Source: Eledone cirrhosa (Eukaryota). Taken from it: a stretch of 64,000 nucleotides of DNA. The notes below the pieces were generated by a model. The model was not told where the DNA came from and searched no databases. It saw only the letters and a list, made by a program, of their open reading frames with translations. A program made the translations under genes and the position numbers. Location of the stretch: assembly GCA_964016885.1 (NCBI GenBank), contig OZ024740.1:129394001-129458000 (forward strand), in the 5' to 3' direction. Shown in pieces: positions 30,253 through 44,839 of this stretch. The stretch's first letter is position 1. Every line of letters starts with the position of its first letter.

Positions 30253-31219
30253 AATATGGTTTTATAAATATATTTTCCATTTGTTAATATCGTATATATA
30301 TATATATGCTCGTGTATATATGTGTGCCTGTTTTTTTTATTTTCATAAAATTCTTCAATCATAATATTGCTAGCTGTATGGAAATCAAAAGACATTCAAT
30401 TATAGGCACTGAAATGGTGAAATTCAACGATCCAGTTAATTGATTTTTAACAACAACTAATTGACCGCTTTTGCGAATATAGATTTCTTTAAGTAAAATG
30501 AGATCTCGGATAGATGAATATGCTTAAGTGGGTGTTGTGGTGTTTGTGCTAAAATCAAATACAATAAATACCAAAAGAACAACACAGTAAAATGTTTCCA
30601 AGTGGATATAAATAAATGATAGTTTTAGGTTGAAGACGGATAAGTACACTTAAGGCTATATCAACTAAGAAACAATACATATTAGAAATAACAGTCATGT
30701 TTCTTTAAATTTCCCCTTACTACCTCCTACAACGAAGGATATTTAAGAGAATGTCATCCCTTCCTCGTATAAGAATGGCCAGAATACTTTTGATCATGTA
30801 TTTACTTAATCACGTTCAATCTGTGGCTAGAAAAACAAACCTGCGAATGAAAGTTGTATCCTCCAAATAGCTACACGGTCTGATTGAAATACGTGATAAG
30901 CATCTACTCGTCAATATACACTAGCAGAAAAGTGCCACAGATATCAAGAATAAAATCAAATGATAGTAATTATCACGAAAGCCAGGGGGCAAACGAAGAA
31001 CGCTTACAATTCATTCCAACTAATTTTCTCTAATTTGGGTGACAAGCAAAATAAGTCGGTATCTTTTATGTGAAATGAAAATTTGACATTGATTCTTGCA
31101 AGAATAATATCTAAATGGATGAAGATTAGAAATACTGTAATACATTATACATATAATGTTGTTCATAAATACAAAGAAAACATACACTCGCGCGTACTGC
31201 AGCTCCGAATATAGAGGAG

Positions 31220-31710
31220 CCGAACTCCCACTGTCATATCCTCCATCTCTCTCGCCTTCCCCATCTATCACTATTAAGAGCAAATGGAATCCCATGGGCC
31301 GGCCGTCCCACGGCCCGGGTGGACTGAATAGAGATGGCGCTTCCACGGAGGATGATGCGGTAGATGCCCTGGATGAGCCATTCCATCTCACAAAGCTCAC
31401 ACCTGCGGATAGCCAGCACAACGCCAATCGTGGTGAGTAGGAAGATATCCCTAGAGCTAAGGACACCATAAGTCTTCAATGCGAGGTGCTCGACCGCAAA
31501 ACTGTCGAAGAGAAACCGATACTTGGAGAGTTTATCCTCCTCAGTCCGACGTGCAGCAGAGCCTGGGTTAGTCGCAGCTTGCACTACGTTGCCGCTGTAG
31601 AATGTGTCGCTGCATGTAGTATCCCAGACAAGGAGTTCAGCACTGCAGAATGGGAAGATGATCATGGCGTCTGCCCTTTCGCCGCTCCCTCGGTCTGGAC
31701 CAGGACCTAC
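31220..31710 (-). mobile_element. CRE-type non-LTR retrotransposon 3' fragment (restriction-like endonuclease)
   Basis: DRGSGERADAM..LVWDTTCSDT..GSAARRTEEDKLSKY..LKTYG..IILRGSAISI fits the RPDG/WD.T..DT/K..KY/ET.G/QRGNA pattern of CRE RLE domains. Confidence 0.75.
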
Positions 31711-32430
31711 ATATGTGTAAACATGAAAACCTATAGTATCAACATTATCCTTTGAGATATTTTCATATATAAAGTGTTATATCGAATACATTTGGTATAT
31801 AATGTTTGGAAATCAATGATATATCATGACTGAAGAAGACACAACTACTGGGCATGTGGTGAGTGGGTTAATTCAAAACCAGTACATAGCCAGTGCTCAC
31901 TTCGCCTCGAGTTGCTTGATGAAAATCTACATTAAGCTTAGAGGAATTGAATGCAGTATGTAACGTGAGCAAATAGATATTCATTGTGATGTTTAATGTA
32001 TGAAACAAGGAAATATCATTTCAGCAGATATTTTATATAAATTTATAGAAATCATTCAAACAATGTTTAGCGAAATAAAATAATCTGAAAGATTTCATTC
32101 GATTAAGTACGTCTACGTGCTACAATCATTAAAAAGAAATAATCCCAAATATATAGTTTTCAGTTTACTTTCTATAAATATGTGTTCCATCTTAGTCTGA
32201 GATTTTAACAGGATATATTGATGAAAACTGTGCATTAAATCTCTATATTTTTGCGTGCTATCGATATATGATAATACAATATATCAGAGAAAATTAGAGT
32301 AATTGAACTTCGTATATTTTGGTGATATATTCAATCTTTATTTGTTACATTGCTTATATATTTATACACAAACAAACAAAACGCACACACGCACACGGAT
32401 ACACGCAACCACATATATACATACATACAT

Positions 32431-32603
<173 letters not shown>

Positions 32604-33916
32604 CATACATATAAAATGCACACACATATAGTATAATTTCATAATTTAAATATTCAATTTATATGAAAAGACAAGTCGACGCTTTTCAATTTCATTCTCA
32701 TTTAAGTTGTCGCTTTTATATATCTGCTTCGCAGTTGGTTGGCCATAAACCTGATGGTTAAAATGGAATATTGAAAGAGAAAACAAATTCTACCTCTTTT
32801 CTTTCATTCGTTTTTTTTAAATCTTAGCATCTCTATTTTACTTCCATTCAATCTCAGTCGATCGTAAACATACACGGGCACACACATACGTGCACACACA
32901 CACACTCACATGTGCACACACACTCACACGTGCACACCCACACACAGACACTCACATGGACAAGCATGAACAGGTTATACAGAGCCTATTACTTTGTTTT
33001 AACAATTACTGTAACATTTTTCAATCTCTTTGTTTTTATCCTTCTGCAACAATTTTTCTATTTCCACATTAAATTAACTAATTTTATACAAATCTTCTTC
33101 CACTTAGTTATACTTTTTTACAGAACGCCATGTATGTGAGTCATTTTCTTTTTTTTAATTTCCTTCGAAGCAACGTATTCTTCAATTCTTTTCTTCTCAT
33201 TCCATGCTAATAGCGTCGCCTTTCCCCCCTCTAATCCAATAATCAGTGTTCTTGAATTTCACTTGTAGCTAGTCTGCTTGAAAAAAAAGAAAATTGTAAT
33301 TTCTTTCAATTGCTTCCCTCCTTTCCTTTCCACTCCATTTTCTAAATATTTCTCTTTTGTTTTTCTCTCACTGATCTGAGCACAGTAATCACCTGTAACA
33401 CTATAACTGGAATGACCAAAAAGAATTCCTACATTTCTTTGTATTTTATTCTGACATTTTTCGAAATGCGATCGATCGCAACACTGAAATTCTAATGGAA
33501 ATATCCAACAGTATATTATTTAGATTTCAGAAAACGTAAGAATTTATCATTAGAAGAAAACGGCGTTAATTAAAGCTACTAGATCGAAATGAGTACTTCA
33601 TTTTTTGTTTCTTTTTCCAGATTTATAATCAAGCAGAAAAAAAGCTAAAATTCTTTAAAAAAAAATTTAACGTGGCAAAGAAAACCTATTGGGTGAGAAA
33701 ATTGCTCATTTAAATATAATTTAAATATTCTCATTAATTAGCATTTCTTTTGAAGAAACTCAACACAGCCTAATTTCGCAGTTAATGTAGCTGTTCAATT
33801 TTTCCCTGTTAATATTTACTTAAAAAAAATTGATGGTGCTCGTATCATAATGACATTCTGTTTTTTCTTCCGTCTGTAGTTTTAAAATGGTAATTGCAAC
33901 ACACATATACTCTGTA

Positions 33917-33978
33917 TTGAATATATTAGCCATAGATTGAATATATTAGCCATAGATTGAATATATTAGCCATATATT
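33917..33978. repeat. 20-bp tandem repeat, 3 units
   Basis: ATTGAATATATTAGCCATAG repeated. Confidence 0.9.
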
Positions 33979-34915
33979 AAGCAGTTTCATTACTCTGTAC
34001 TGTAGTACATGCTATATTTGCTCATATGACATCAGATTTAAACAATCGGTTTTTTGTATGCTGTAAGGGAATAGTTACAGTTAAAATTCAGAAGCAGAGA
34101 ATGACGTCAATTATACTTAACATATTTATGTGGAAGCAAATTCGTATGATCATTATATAAGTGTAGTTAAATTGTGCGCGCAATTAATGGATTTTCATAT
34201 AATAATGTGTGTAATTGAAATGTATTTGACACCAAATGCTCAACACAGCCCGCAGTTTAAAAAAAATACAACGGATTTATAACAAGAGACAGATTAGCTT
34301 TCGCCTATTTCCTAAGAGAATTAATGGTGGATATCTAATTTCATTCCCTCGCTGAGAAAACGAATATCATAATTTATTCGCAGCAACGACATTTATAGAA
34401 GCTCCTTACGATTAAATATGTTCCATTTTTTAAATTTAAACATAATTAAGAAAGGCAAAAACATTCAGCTTATACAGAGACATTGCAATACAGTTTGAAG
34501 GAACGCTTATAAAACTGGATGGAAGGAGCCCCTCGGTTTCGACGATAATTATTACAGTTTTTGATCTATGGAACGACCTTCTCGTGAAGTTAACGTACAA
34601 AACTCGGGGAATTTCACAGCTAAGTGTAAACACATCTCTCGGAGATATTAACTGTGATCCAGTTGGTAAAACTGATCCGATGAATCGCACAGTGAGGCAA
34701 TCTAACTGGCTTTTAAATAACGTTGATTACCACTTGTTAAATCACAATGTCTGTGTTGATCCAAGATATCCCATAGTAAAGCATGATTCCAGAATATTTG
34801 TAATAATTCCACTATGCTACGTTCTCAAATTCAAGTATATCTAATACAGTCATGCTCTAAATACTTTCAGCCTGTAATTGTATAATATTATTTGTATAAT
34901 ATTATTTGTTAATAA

Positions 34916-35105
34916 GGGCGGTGGATTGGCAGTATCGGTAGAGGGTCGGACGCCATGCTTTCCAGCATAGTTACGTCCCTTTACGATCTGAGTTCAAATC
35001 CCGCCGAGGTTGACTTTGCCTTTCATCCTTACGGGGTCGATAAAATAAAGTACCAGTAATGCACTGGGTAATTGCTGGCCTTGTGCCAAAAGTAGAAACA
35101 ATTAT
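34916..35105 (+). mobile_element. tRNA-derived SINE, family A (most complete copy)
   Basis: GGCGGTGGATTGGCAGTATCGG, GAGTTCAAATCCC and the full body. ATTATTTGTTAATAA occurs on both sides, a possible TSD. Confidence 0.9.
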
Positions 35106-38100
35106 TTGTTAATAACACATTTCATGGACGAACATGCTTCCCTCTCCGTATTAGTCAGGTTAAATGTACTCACAATTAGAAAATGAAGCTGCTTATAAAT
35201 TTTAATTCTAGAAATATATTCGGAAATCTACATAGTTCAATGTATCGAACGCCTTTCTGCCATACCTAATTCAAATGAAACCGGGGTATTTTTTAGCTTT
35301 AATAATACAAAAATGAAGACTTATGCTACATTGAAGAGTATGTCAATCGGTTTAGTGCAAGTACTGCACTCTTCCTTTTTTCACATTTACAATTGCAAAT
35401 ATGAAACAAAATGAATTGCGATATTTAACGCGACATACAATACAATGCCCCAAAAAGAGGGATCAAAGCTGTGTGCGGGGAATATGATTTAAGCAGCGTG
35501 ACACAACTAATAATTTTCAAGAACTATGAGTCAGAAGATGCTGTAACAAACCTAATAAAAATCCAGCCAATCTCCCCAAATAGCACTTGTAGATGAAGTG
35601 TTCATATTTACTCTTCTTGTTGCGACGCCATCGAATAACGTTATACACGATCTGGGTTTATGAGTAAATCTGCTACTAATATTAGTAAACAGTCGATAAT
35701 CTTAGTTGTGCCGCGTGAATTTAATTATACATAATATTTTACGCAAGTAGCCCGGTTATCTAAATTGATGTATGATTTATTTGAAGAGTTAAAGTTAAGT
35801 GAGACAACCTCCTTCATTATGTAGTATCCAATAATATCATAACATCCGGATGTAATCTATCAGATGTCAAATTCTGTCTTTGTGGTGGTTATAATCACGT
35901 CAATACATGGATTGTCAGAAATAACTCCGTGAAACATTTGTAACGGAGATGTGTACACAGCTCAAGCTTTTCTGCAGTAAATTGTGGTTTTTAAACTTTC
36001 AGGGAAGCTAAAGAAAATAGCAGCCTAGTGATTATGCAACACAATAATCCTCTAGCATTCACATTCTGAATCTTTTGTCGGGTACATATATAAAATAGTG
36101 AGCCTCTAACAGACCTGGAATATATGGACTCTTAAAACAACTATATTATTAGGTATGATTGTATGAGTGAAAATGTATCGAGCAACTAGAATATTTCATC
36201 TGCTATACATTGTTGTCAGCGTAAATGTTTAGTTTCTTATGGGCAAATGTTTTGTTAACTAATGTGGAAAGCGTCTCAATCTGTACATTTTCATTTGAAT
36301 ACACGCAAAATATAGCTAAAGCTACATCATGCCATAGCAGAACAAGAGTAAAGAAAAACAACCAGAATGAAGAAGTGGAACAGAAAAGAACGAATTGTCA
36401 TTGAAGAGGTCACTGCAAGTATGATGAAAGGACGTTTGAAAACAGCCGAATAACTAATAATAAAACTGAAGTAAACATCATATAGTGTCAATATTTTTAT
36501 TGGTAAGATTGGCAAAATGACCATCCATAAGCATGTCTAAAAATGAATAATTCTGATGAATAAAATGTGAAATCTGCAGATACTCTAACATGGTTATATA
36601 TTTAGATTTTTACCTGTGATTATTGAGGAATTGGAGAAGGTTAGCTTTTGCAACAACACAAACTTCAAAATATTGTGTTTCACAGAACCAGAAATTACTG
36701 CTGTTGACAGGAAAGCACACTTTATCAATGGCGGGTTAATCACGAAAAACATAACAGAAATGTACCATATAGTAACTGTATAAACACATGCATGGATATA
36801 GAAGCATATGTTTCTGTACATGTATAAATCAGAACATACTGATCAACATAAGCTAGGAAATCCATACCTGCACATACAAACAAATACCCTCTTTTGTCCA
36901 TAATTACTTAGTTGATATCTACATTCTAATGAAAGTATCTGCCAGAAAACGATTGTTTTTTTTATTGGTGAGAAACTAATGGAAATAAAAAATAGTATAT
37001 ACCTGAAGAACACACTTACAGACATATGCATATATTCATATTGAAATACATACAAACATACATACACACAATATAATGTTAAAAATTATCGAAAATAACG
37101 CTCATACTGGTCTAATGGGGCATGTGTAGATATTCTACCCTGACAATACATTTAGATTTGTTCCTACAATCACTGGAGCTCTTGAATATGTTACACATTT
37201 TGAGAAGCTCGCTTCGTAGAACCATAAAGAGCTTAGCTAGTTAAGAAGTTGCAAGTATTGTCCATTAATGGAATTGTAAAAATATGCAAAGCCTTTCAGA
37301 GTTATAGCAAAACGCTACTGTATATAGACATGTTTAAATAAAGAGAGAAAATAGGCACGTATAAGCATATAACTCAAAACATACAAATTCACATACGCAA
37401 TAACATCTATATCTGCACACGCGTAAAGACAAACACATACATATATATCTATATACCTATGTGGTGTTGTTTATATTCCAAAGTACTTTTATTGTTTCTA
37501 CGTTAGAAAGCCTCTCTCTATTGGTGAAATTGTATAACATAATAAAACTTGAAGAACATACATGCATACATACATACGTACACAGTAGCGTTTATCACAA
37601 TATCCTCGATTAGTTTCAATGTTGGTAATGAATCCAAAGCCTTATTCAATCTAATAACTTGCTGCCTATATATTAATCTATAAGTTGGGTGTCTCATCTT
37701 GTTATTCTTTTCAGTTTTGAATGCGAGTATGTCTATCTGTTGTGTCTTTCCTTTATTTATCTATACCCCAATATATATTTAATTACATAACTACTATATA
37801 AACACTCGGTACTTTGATTTGTATTAGTGTGTAATACTGTATAATACTTCTAACTGAACACATTTTCTATCTACTTGACACTATTTATCCCTTATAAACT
37901 CTCACCTCTTCCTAGTGTTTTCTCTCCACCTGTTTTACTGAACCGTCTATCATCTCTTTCCTATATCCCTATCCCATGCTTACTTAGTTTTTCCTTAAGC
38001 ATGTTAATGATCAATAGCCATCTTGGTAAATAATCTACTTGATTTCGCTAAATAGCACACGTAATAACTTAGCTGTCCCGAAATTCATGACCGCTCCATT

Positions 38101-39834
38101 TCCGTTGTGTTTCATTGTTAAATATACTTCTCATGTATACTCAGTCATGAAAATACCACAAGCAGTCTTTTCTGTCAACTGAATAACTATTGTACGTATG
38201 GTTAAACGATAGATAATCTTACTCTGTTTAATTGCAACGTTGAAAAATCGGAACTCTTAATAATTCCATTCTAAGTGACTTATGCAATACATACATTTTA
38301 TTAAATCACATAATATCAATCACAAAAATTAAATCAAATGATATCATACATTTTATTAAATCACACATTTTTCGAGTGACAGAAAATATATTTTACAATA
38401 TCACGAAATATTATATTACAATGTGTTATCGATTTAAGTGTGTTACCGTTCTGAATCCCCGATCAGCAAGCTGACGTCTGCATGCCAACCATGACAACAC
38501 AGTATTTACTTGAATAGTACATACAACTGCATTATCCATTTTGTATTATACTTTTTAATAGAGAAATATCTGCAATTTCTATGAGCCTAGGCAATCATGA
38601 GAAGACGGCTTCTCTAACACGTCATTATTGTTCAGCTCCATGTTGAATCTGGCAGACAAGATATGATCAAAGGTGTTTACCCTTTAGTATCCCTATTCTG
38701 AAATTTAAAATGTAGTGGTTGATTTGAAGAGGATAGAGCTGCTAGTTGGTCTGTTCAAGCAAGCATATAAAGGTAGATTCGCTTAGATTTTAATGCGGGA
38801 ATTATCATAATATAAATTCCACCAGTCAATTCATAGCATTATAATTCATTTATTTAAACAAGCTTACTATCATAATTACTCACTGCGATATAGCATGAAG
38901 GCCTCCATACTTTTGGTCAAATTTCATACTATAAATCTTTTAAAATAAGAACGATGTGGTATTTTTGAATATAGAATGCCGTCAACTTGTGCGAGATGGC
39001 CATGGCTTCAACAATATCCTAAGATGTATTTCAGTGTTGATCCGCTGCTAAGTAACAATGGATTTGTATTCAGTGCAAAGCACATTAACGACGTTTCCCT
39101 TATAACAATGAGTATACGGCTTGTCCACAATTTATACAACGGCAGAATATACAAATTATGACTTTAACTCTTATGCGCAAAGTAGTTCGGATAGTATTTT
39201 GCTTAAATTTTATAAAGAATCTTTACGAATTCGGCAATTTTATGAGACATTATATAGTTGTTATCCTTATATATGTTGTTAACTTAGGAATAAAGGCATT
39301 TAGAATATTTTTCACCTGTAGATAGTGTAGGAAAGATCAAACATATAATGACAGGTAATCCAGGATGCTACACAGTCAAATCCAGAGTTTAAGAAAATTA
39401 TGAGAAAAATAAGAAACAAGGTCACCCTTTTATTTGTTACCTATGGCTCAGTTGTGCAGGTTCTCCAAGAATTTAGTGAACCATACACGTTATACTAATT
39501 TATTTATCATTCTATAGTTTCGTTTATCAGAAAGTTACTACTCTTTTATATGAAAACCAGATGGATATTCGTAATTAAACATATGGAATTACATACCTAT
39601 ACTATTCATATATTCTTCCATATCCAGACACACACACACACACGCACACATGCACATACATACACAGACAGAGACAGAGACACATGCACACGAACACGCA
39701 TACACACACCTGTATATATATATAGGTTTGTGTGTCACTAACATAGCGTAGTTCTTTATAGATGTGCACCGGGGAGTATATACTATATATTTATGTATGG
39801 CAAACATACAAGTGTCAACAATTGCAAATTCATC

Positions 39835-40590
39835 TGTTAGAGGAGGTTTTATGCATGCGGCGCCTTTGATTCTTAAGCCGATTCATTGTGGATGTTGGGT
39901 ATCCGTTCGTCTTCAGTACTTCTATGGCGTGTTCAATGTAAGTGATCTGGTCCTTTGTCTTGCTACATTTATTCCGGATACATGTAAGATCATTTCTTAA
40001 GTATCCGGTTTTAGCTCGAAGGGAAATGCACAAATAGGTATCTGCTGGCAGATTTGCTATATAAGTTATTGGTGTATATAGCACATTCGTCTGTTACTCC
40101 AAGTTGGAAGTCCAGCAGATACAAGGAACCATTTTAATCGGGGTGTTCTGTGGTAAATCCTCTAACATCAGCTTCACGAAATTACCACATTTAAGCGAAA
40201 GCATGACCACATATATCCACAAAGCTATCCGCAAAGGAGGACTGGACATACAATTAGCACACTCCGGCACTTCCCTGCGTGGATACCAGTCTAAAAAGCA
40301 ATCTAGAGACAAGCAATGCTCACTGACTAACTGCCCAATCCTCGATACAGCTATGTCCCAGTGGACACATGTAGTATACTGGATTGAATACAACAAATGC
40401 AAGGAGTTCTACATAGGTAACACGACTCGAGCCAACGATACTCGCATTAAAGAAGACCTCAACACACATGCATCCTCATTAAAAAAACACATTGACAAAT
40501 GTAAAGACATCAGCCAACATATTACAGTTACTATTAAAGCCAATGATAGAAATGTGAGGAACTTAAGAATAAAGGAAATTAGAACTTAGC
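39835..40590 (+). mobile_element. PLE fragment (RT thumb plus GIY-YIG) with internal inversion
   Basis: Minus 39835-40157 reads FTTEHPD*NGSLYLLD...LKTNGYP. Plus 40158-40589 reads KLPHLSE...HVVYWIEYNKCKEFYIGNTTR...RNLRIKE. Confidence 0.8.
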
Positions 40591-40823
40591 ACGTATTAAT
40601 TGACATAAAAAGACACACACACAGACACACAAACTAAACATCTCATACAAAAACGAAAATGTATTTCGCGAAATACTATATTGGGAATTGAGGCCATTCA
40701 CGGGAAAAGCGAAATAAGCATAAAAGAAAACGCTTGAAAAAAACTTAGAACAATTTAAAATTAAAATAAAAATGTTATCCCAAAGAGAGGAAATTGAAAT
40801 ATTATATATATATATATGTGCAT

Positions 40824-40860
<37 letters not shown>

Positions 40861-42019
40861 CGATGAATTTGCTTCAAAATAGTAAAAAATTATATTTTAA
40901 TCCTTCTATTCTACCTGGACCAATATATCACCTGTTCAATTGAATCGACGTTTATGTCGAATTGGCTGACATGTAGCAATAATTTTGAATAGAAGAATGA
41001 AAAATATCTTTGAACCAACATTTTTTTATATCCAATATCGTTACGCATTTGTATCGAAACATCTTTCTTCTATAAAATAGCATTTCCTATTTATATGGAT
41101 TATAGTGTGTTATTCAACGTCAAGTCCGAAGATGTTTGAAATATTCTGATAGTGCGATCCAGTTCTCCTTAATATGCACAGTAATATGCGCATTCGTTTT
41201 CTATTCTATAACCAGAAAACAATTAAATTTTGAAGCGATGGAAATTATGTGCTTCAGAAATTCCATAAGTTTATTTTGTCTAGAGATTAAGTGAAATTAT
41301 CAGCCAAATAAATATGAATCGGCCTAACACTTGAACTTTGTAGTATAGGTAATTAGCTGGTTAATTGATTTATCTTGGCACAGACATCTTGGTATGGTGC
41401 GAAGTTTAATTGACATTGCCTCGTTTGTTTTCCTCAGATGTATCGCCAAATTTAAATCTATTTCCAACAAAATTGTTATGGAACGCATTTCCCAATGCAA
41501 AATATTGTTTGACTGTATATGTGTTTTTATCTTCTTTATGGGAGGACCGGGAGTATAGGTAAATATTTAAATCAAAAGTACATAAAGGGAGATCACAATA
41601 ACTTAGTTGGTATGTGAGATACAATATGTTATGTCATGCTTCATTATAAGATCGACAATTGCTGTATGTTTATACTTTAAAATAATCACATAAAACATAC
41701 ATGATATATGTCTAAAGTGCATGCGTTCTTAATGCATAATTCGTTCGCACGCAAGCTTTGTCGCATAGATGAAATTTGGTGATTCAACCAAATCAAAATC
41801 ATTGATCACAGATTGAACTGCATCTTATGTTCAGCAATATTTATTTTATCCGAACAAATCTAGACAACCCTGATCTTACCTTTCATTGCACGTAGTTCAA
41901 TCAAAATAGTTAGAACATGGCTGATATGAAATAAATCATGTTTAGCTACCTCACCATCAACATTATCATCCGCATTATATATATATATATATAAATATAT
42001 ATATGTATATATATATATG

Positions 42020-42102
<83 letters not shown>

Positions 42103-42103
42103 T

Positions 42104-42153
<50 letters not shown>

Positions 42154-42161
42154 CATATATA

Positions 42162-42286
42162 TAACAAAAGAATTGTGGTAAGGAACCAGATGGATCATAA
42201 CGTACCAGAGTACTCAATACATAGAGAGTCCAGAAATAGCCGTCGAAACGGCTTCAGCTCTGCCGTCGGGGTCATACTTTTTCCTA
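42162..42286 (+). mobile_element. Degenerate copy of the 137-bp hairpin-ended element
   Basis: TGTGGTAAGGAACCAG...GTACTCAATAC...GCCGTCGGGGTCATACTT matches 5762-5898. Confidence 0.7.
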
Positions 42287-43189
42287 TACACACACACACA
42301 CACACAAACACACACATATATATATATATATTATATATATATATCAAAATGTGACCGAGAAGTATATGCATTTCTTTCTGAACTTACTCATTCAACTATC
42401 GTTCTCAACTTTCACCATTAATATAGTTAATTTACCAAGACATTATATTTCGTGACAAGTGGACAATTTATATACTTATTCTACTGCCTCCTCTAACTTA
42501 CATTTCATTTATCGATTTCAAGAAAGTGAAAATGCAACACTCTTCCGCTAAAAGAGTATACGTTTTAAGTAGTACACTACATTCTCTTAGAAATATTTAG
42601 CTCTTAACTGAATTATATCGAGACAATAGTGAAATAATATAAATCAGCATTTATCTCAGAGTTTTGAAGCACATGTGATATTCTAGTCGTTAATTTTCGA
42701 GTAATAATATCGTACCATATGTGATGTTATACCATATTATTAGATTTGTCCTTAAAGAAATCGATGTAAAGATACTATTTATTAACGATTATGATTTCCT
42801 GTAATGAGAATGAATTTTATCGGATCCATAGCTCTTATATTACATCTTCGACTGTGCATTGATATTATTTGTTCAATTCATGGCACTGGAGATTTATTAC
42901 GTGATGCTGATATATTTTATCTGCTTCGTTACATTGTAGTATCCATAATAATTCTATCTCACATACGATTCCTGGAGTGATAGTAGAAATATAGGTGTTA
43001 ATCTCATAAAAAGACTGGTACAAAATTAATCATGACATTTAAAAGAGATACATAATCCGCTATATTCTACAGCATCATAATCAGGAGAGATTTTCCGAGA
43101 GGCATATAGAGAGATATAAGAGTAATCTACAGATTTGTATCTGCCCATGAAGCATTATTAAGGTAAAATATCTGCCTATAGTTGCAAGA

Positions 43190-43530
43190 GGGAGACGGTA
43201 TTCAACCGTGTCCCTCACACAGATCGCACCAACATTTTCTTTTTGCAATAAGGCCTAGGATTATATAATAGAGTAGTCAGTTTCTGTGGTGGACGAGATT
43301 GAGTGTCTGGCATAGGGCGACATTTATCTTTCCCATACATCACCATACTTATCGAATACCATGTGATGAGGTAGAAGGAAAGGAAAAATGATTGTCCAGT
43401 TTCAACTCCTACTAAATTTGTCAAACTGCGCTCGTGAATGGCAAATATCACTGATACAATATGTCTTCTCTTAATATTTGAATCTATATTAGTAGTAGAA
43501 TATTAGAATATTAGGTGAGTGGACCTGCAG
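43190..43530 (-). pseudogene. Possible decayed PLE GIY-YIG domain
   Basis: IFAIHERSLTNLVGVETGQS resembles VIYAI.C..C...YVGETGQ. The match is weak. Confidence 0.3.
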
Positions 43531-43604
43531 ACATAAAAATTATGACGGATGGATTCTAAGTGAATCTTCCTCTTTAAGACATGTGCATTCTATTATATGG
43601 ATAT

Positions 43605-43656
<52 letters not shown>

Positions 43657-44753
43657 CTATATTTCCAGACTTATCTGTGCCGCCCCCAGATTAATTTGTA
43701 TTTCTTCTTACACCCTTCTTACAAAATAAAACACATATACTGACCTGTGTATAATGTTACAATTTGATAGGACTAACTGTCTTTGCATACGGCATTAGTT
43801 ACATTTAGTTTTATATTTTACGGTTATTTCACTTGTATAATATGAATTGTGATATTTTATGAATGGCGTTTGTGTTTTCTATTTGCCGTATGATTGATGT
43901 TCCAAGGTTTAATAACGGTTCATGATATTGTAGAGTAGATGCCTCATAATGTGTTATGTTGCGTGACTTCATGAGAGAAACGGGGGTCAATGAATCGTGT
44001 ATGGATTATGTACGTGCAGCAGTGAGAACTCTGAGTGTGTTACAAAGTAAATCGAATGTATACATGAATTTGTGTCAGAAGACGATTTTGCTTGATATAC
44101 AGTCTTCACCAGTTTTCACCAGTTTTCCACAGTTTTCCCCGAATTAATAACATAATGAATATGTAATTATGTTTATATACTTTTATAAACAAATTTTGCA
44201 TAGGATCTATACCATTAAAGAAAATTCGCCAAATTATACTTAAATATATAAGTGAATTGTTGGGTAACACGTATATAATGTGTTTGTGTAAGAATATAAA
44301 CATTCATTTCATAAAGGAACACACCAGAGAAATATGGCGACTTCAAACATGTCGCATGATACGAAATGCATGTGTTTCCTCCTATTTTCTAAATTCGTAT
44401 AAATTCAACATAATTGGGACATATACGCAACGTGAAGAAGTTCAGACTCTCAAAATATTGTCTCATATAATATGGATTCAGGAAATGTGTTTTCAAATAA
44501 GAAAATCATTCAATGCATCCTTTCCAATTGAAATTAAAGCATGCACTTTGTTTATTATAAAGAGACTAGGTTTAATTGTCAGTATAATTTTTGGATATAT
44601 ATCCATATATATATACATACATATATATATATATATATACTTCGAAATAAAATGAAAACGAAATTTCATTTCTCACTCTTAGTATGGCACTTACTTAAAT
44701 GTAAGTATGTATGTATACGTACATACATATATGTATACAGACGTACAGTAGCA

Positions 44754-44839
<86 letters not shown>

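Larger units (their letters stand above)
25365..30295 (+). mobile_element. Near full-length Penelope-like element with ~790-bp direct pseudo-LTRs
   Basis: 25365-26158 and 29508-30295 are highly similar direct repeats, each with an HHR near its 3' end. They enclose a decayed RT/GIY-YIG ORF and a SINE insertion. Confidence 0.9.

Noticed and set aside
25365-30295. LTR retrotransposon suggested by long direct repeats
   Set aside because: No gag, protease or integrase and no TG..CA ends or PBS. The ORF is PLE RT plus GIY-YIG, so these are pseudo-LTRs.
33917-33978. Short direct-repeat array as a CRISPR candidate (also 29212-29285)
   Set aside because: Units are contiguous with no unique spacers, there are no cas genes, and the context is eukaryotic.
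34436-34844. hAT transposase (HCAIHR on minus) or CR1 3' end (FDLWNDL on plus)
   Set aside because: Only single short motifs with no supporting context; I cannot choose either without a search.
36327-36480. Purine-rich stretch resembling a coding exon
   Set aside because: All plus frames stop within about 40 codons and there is no convincing splice pair or homology.
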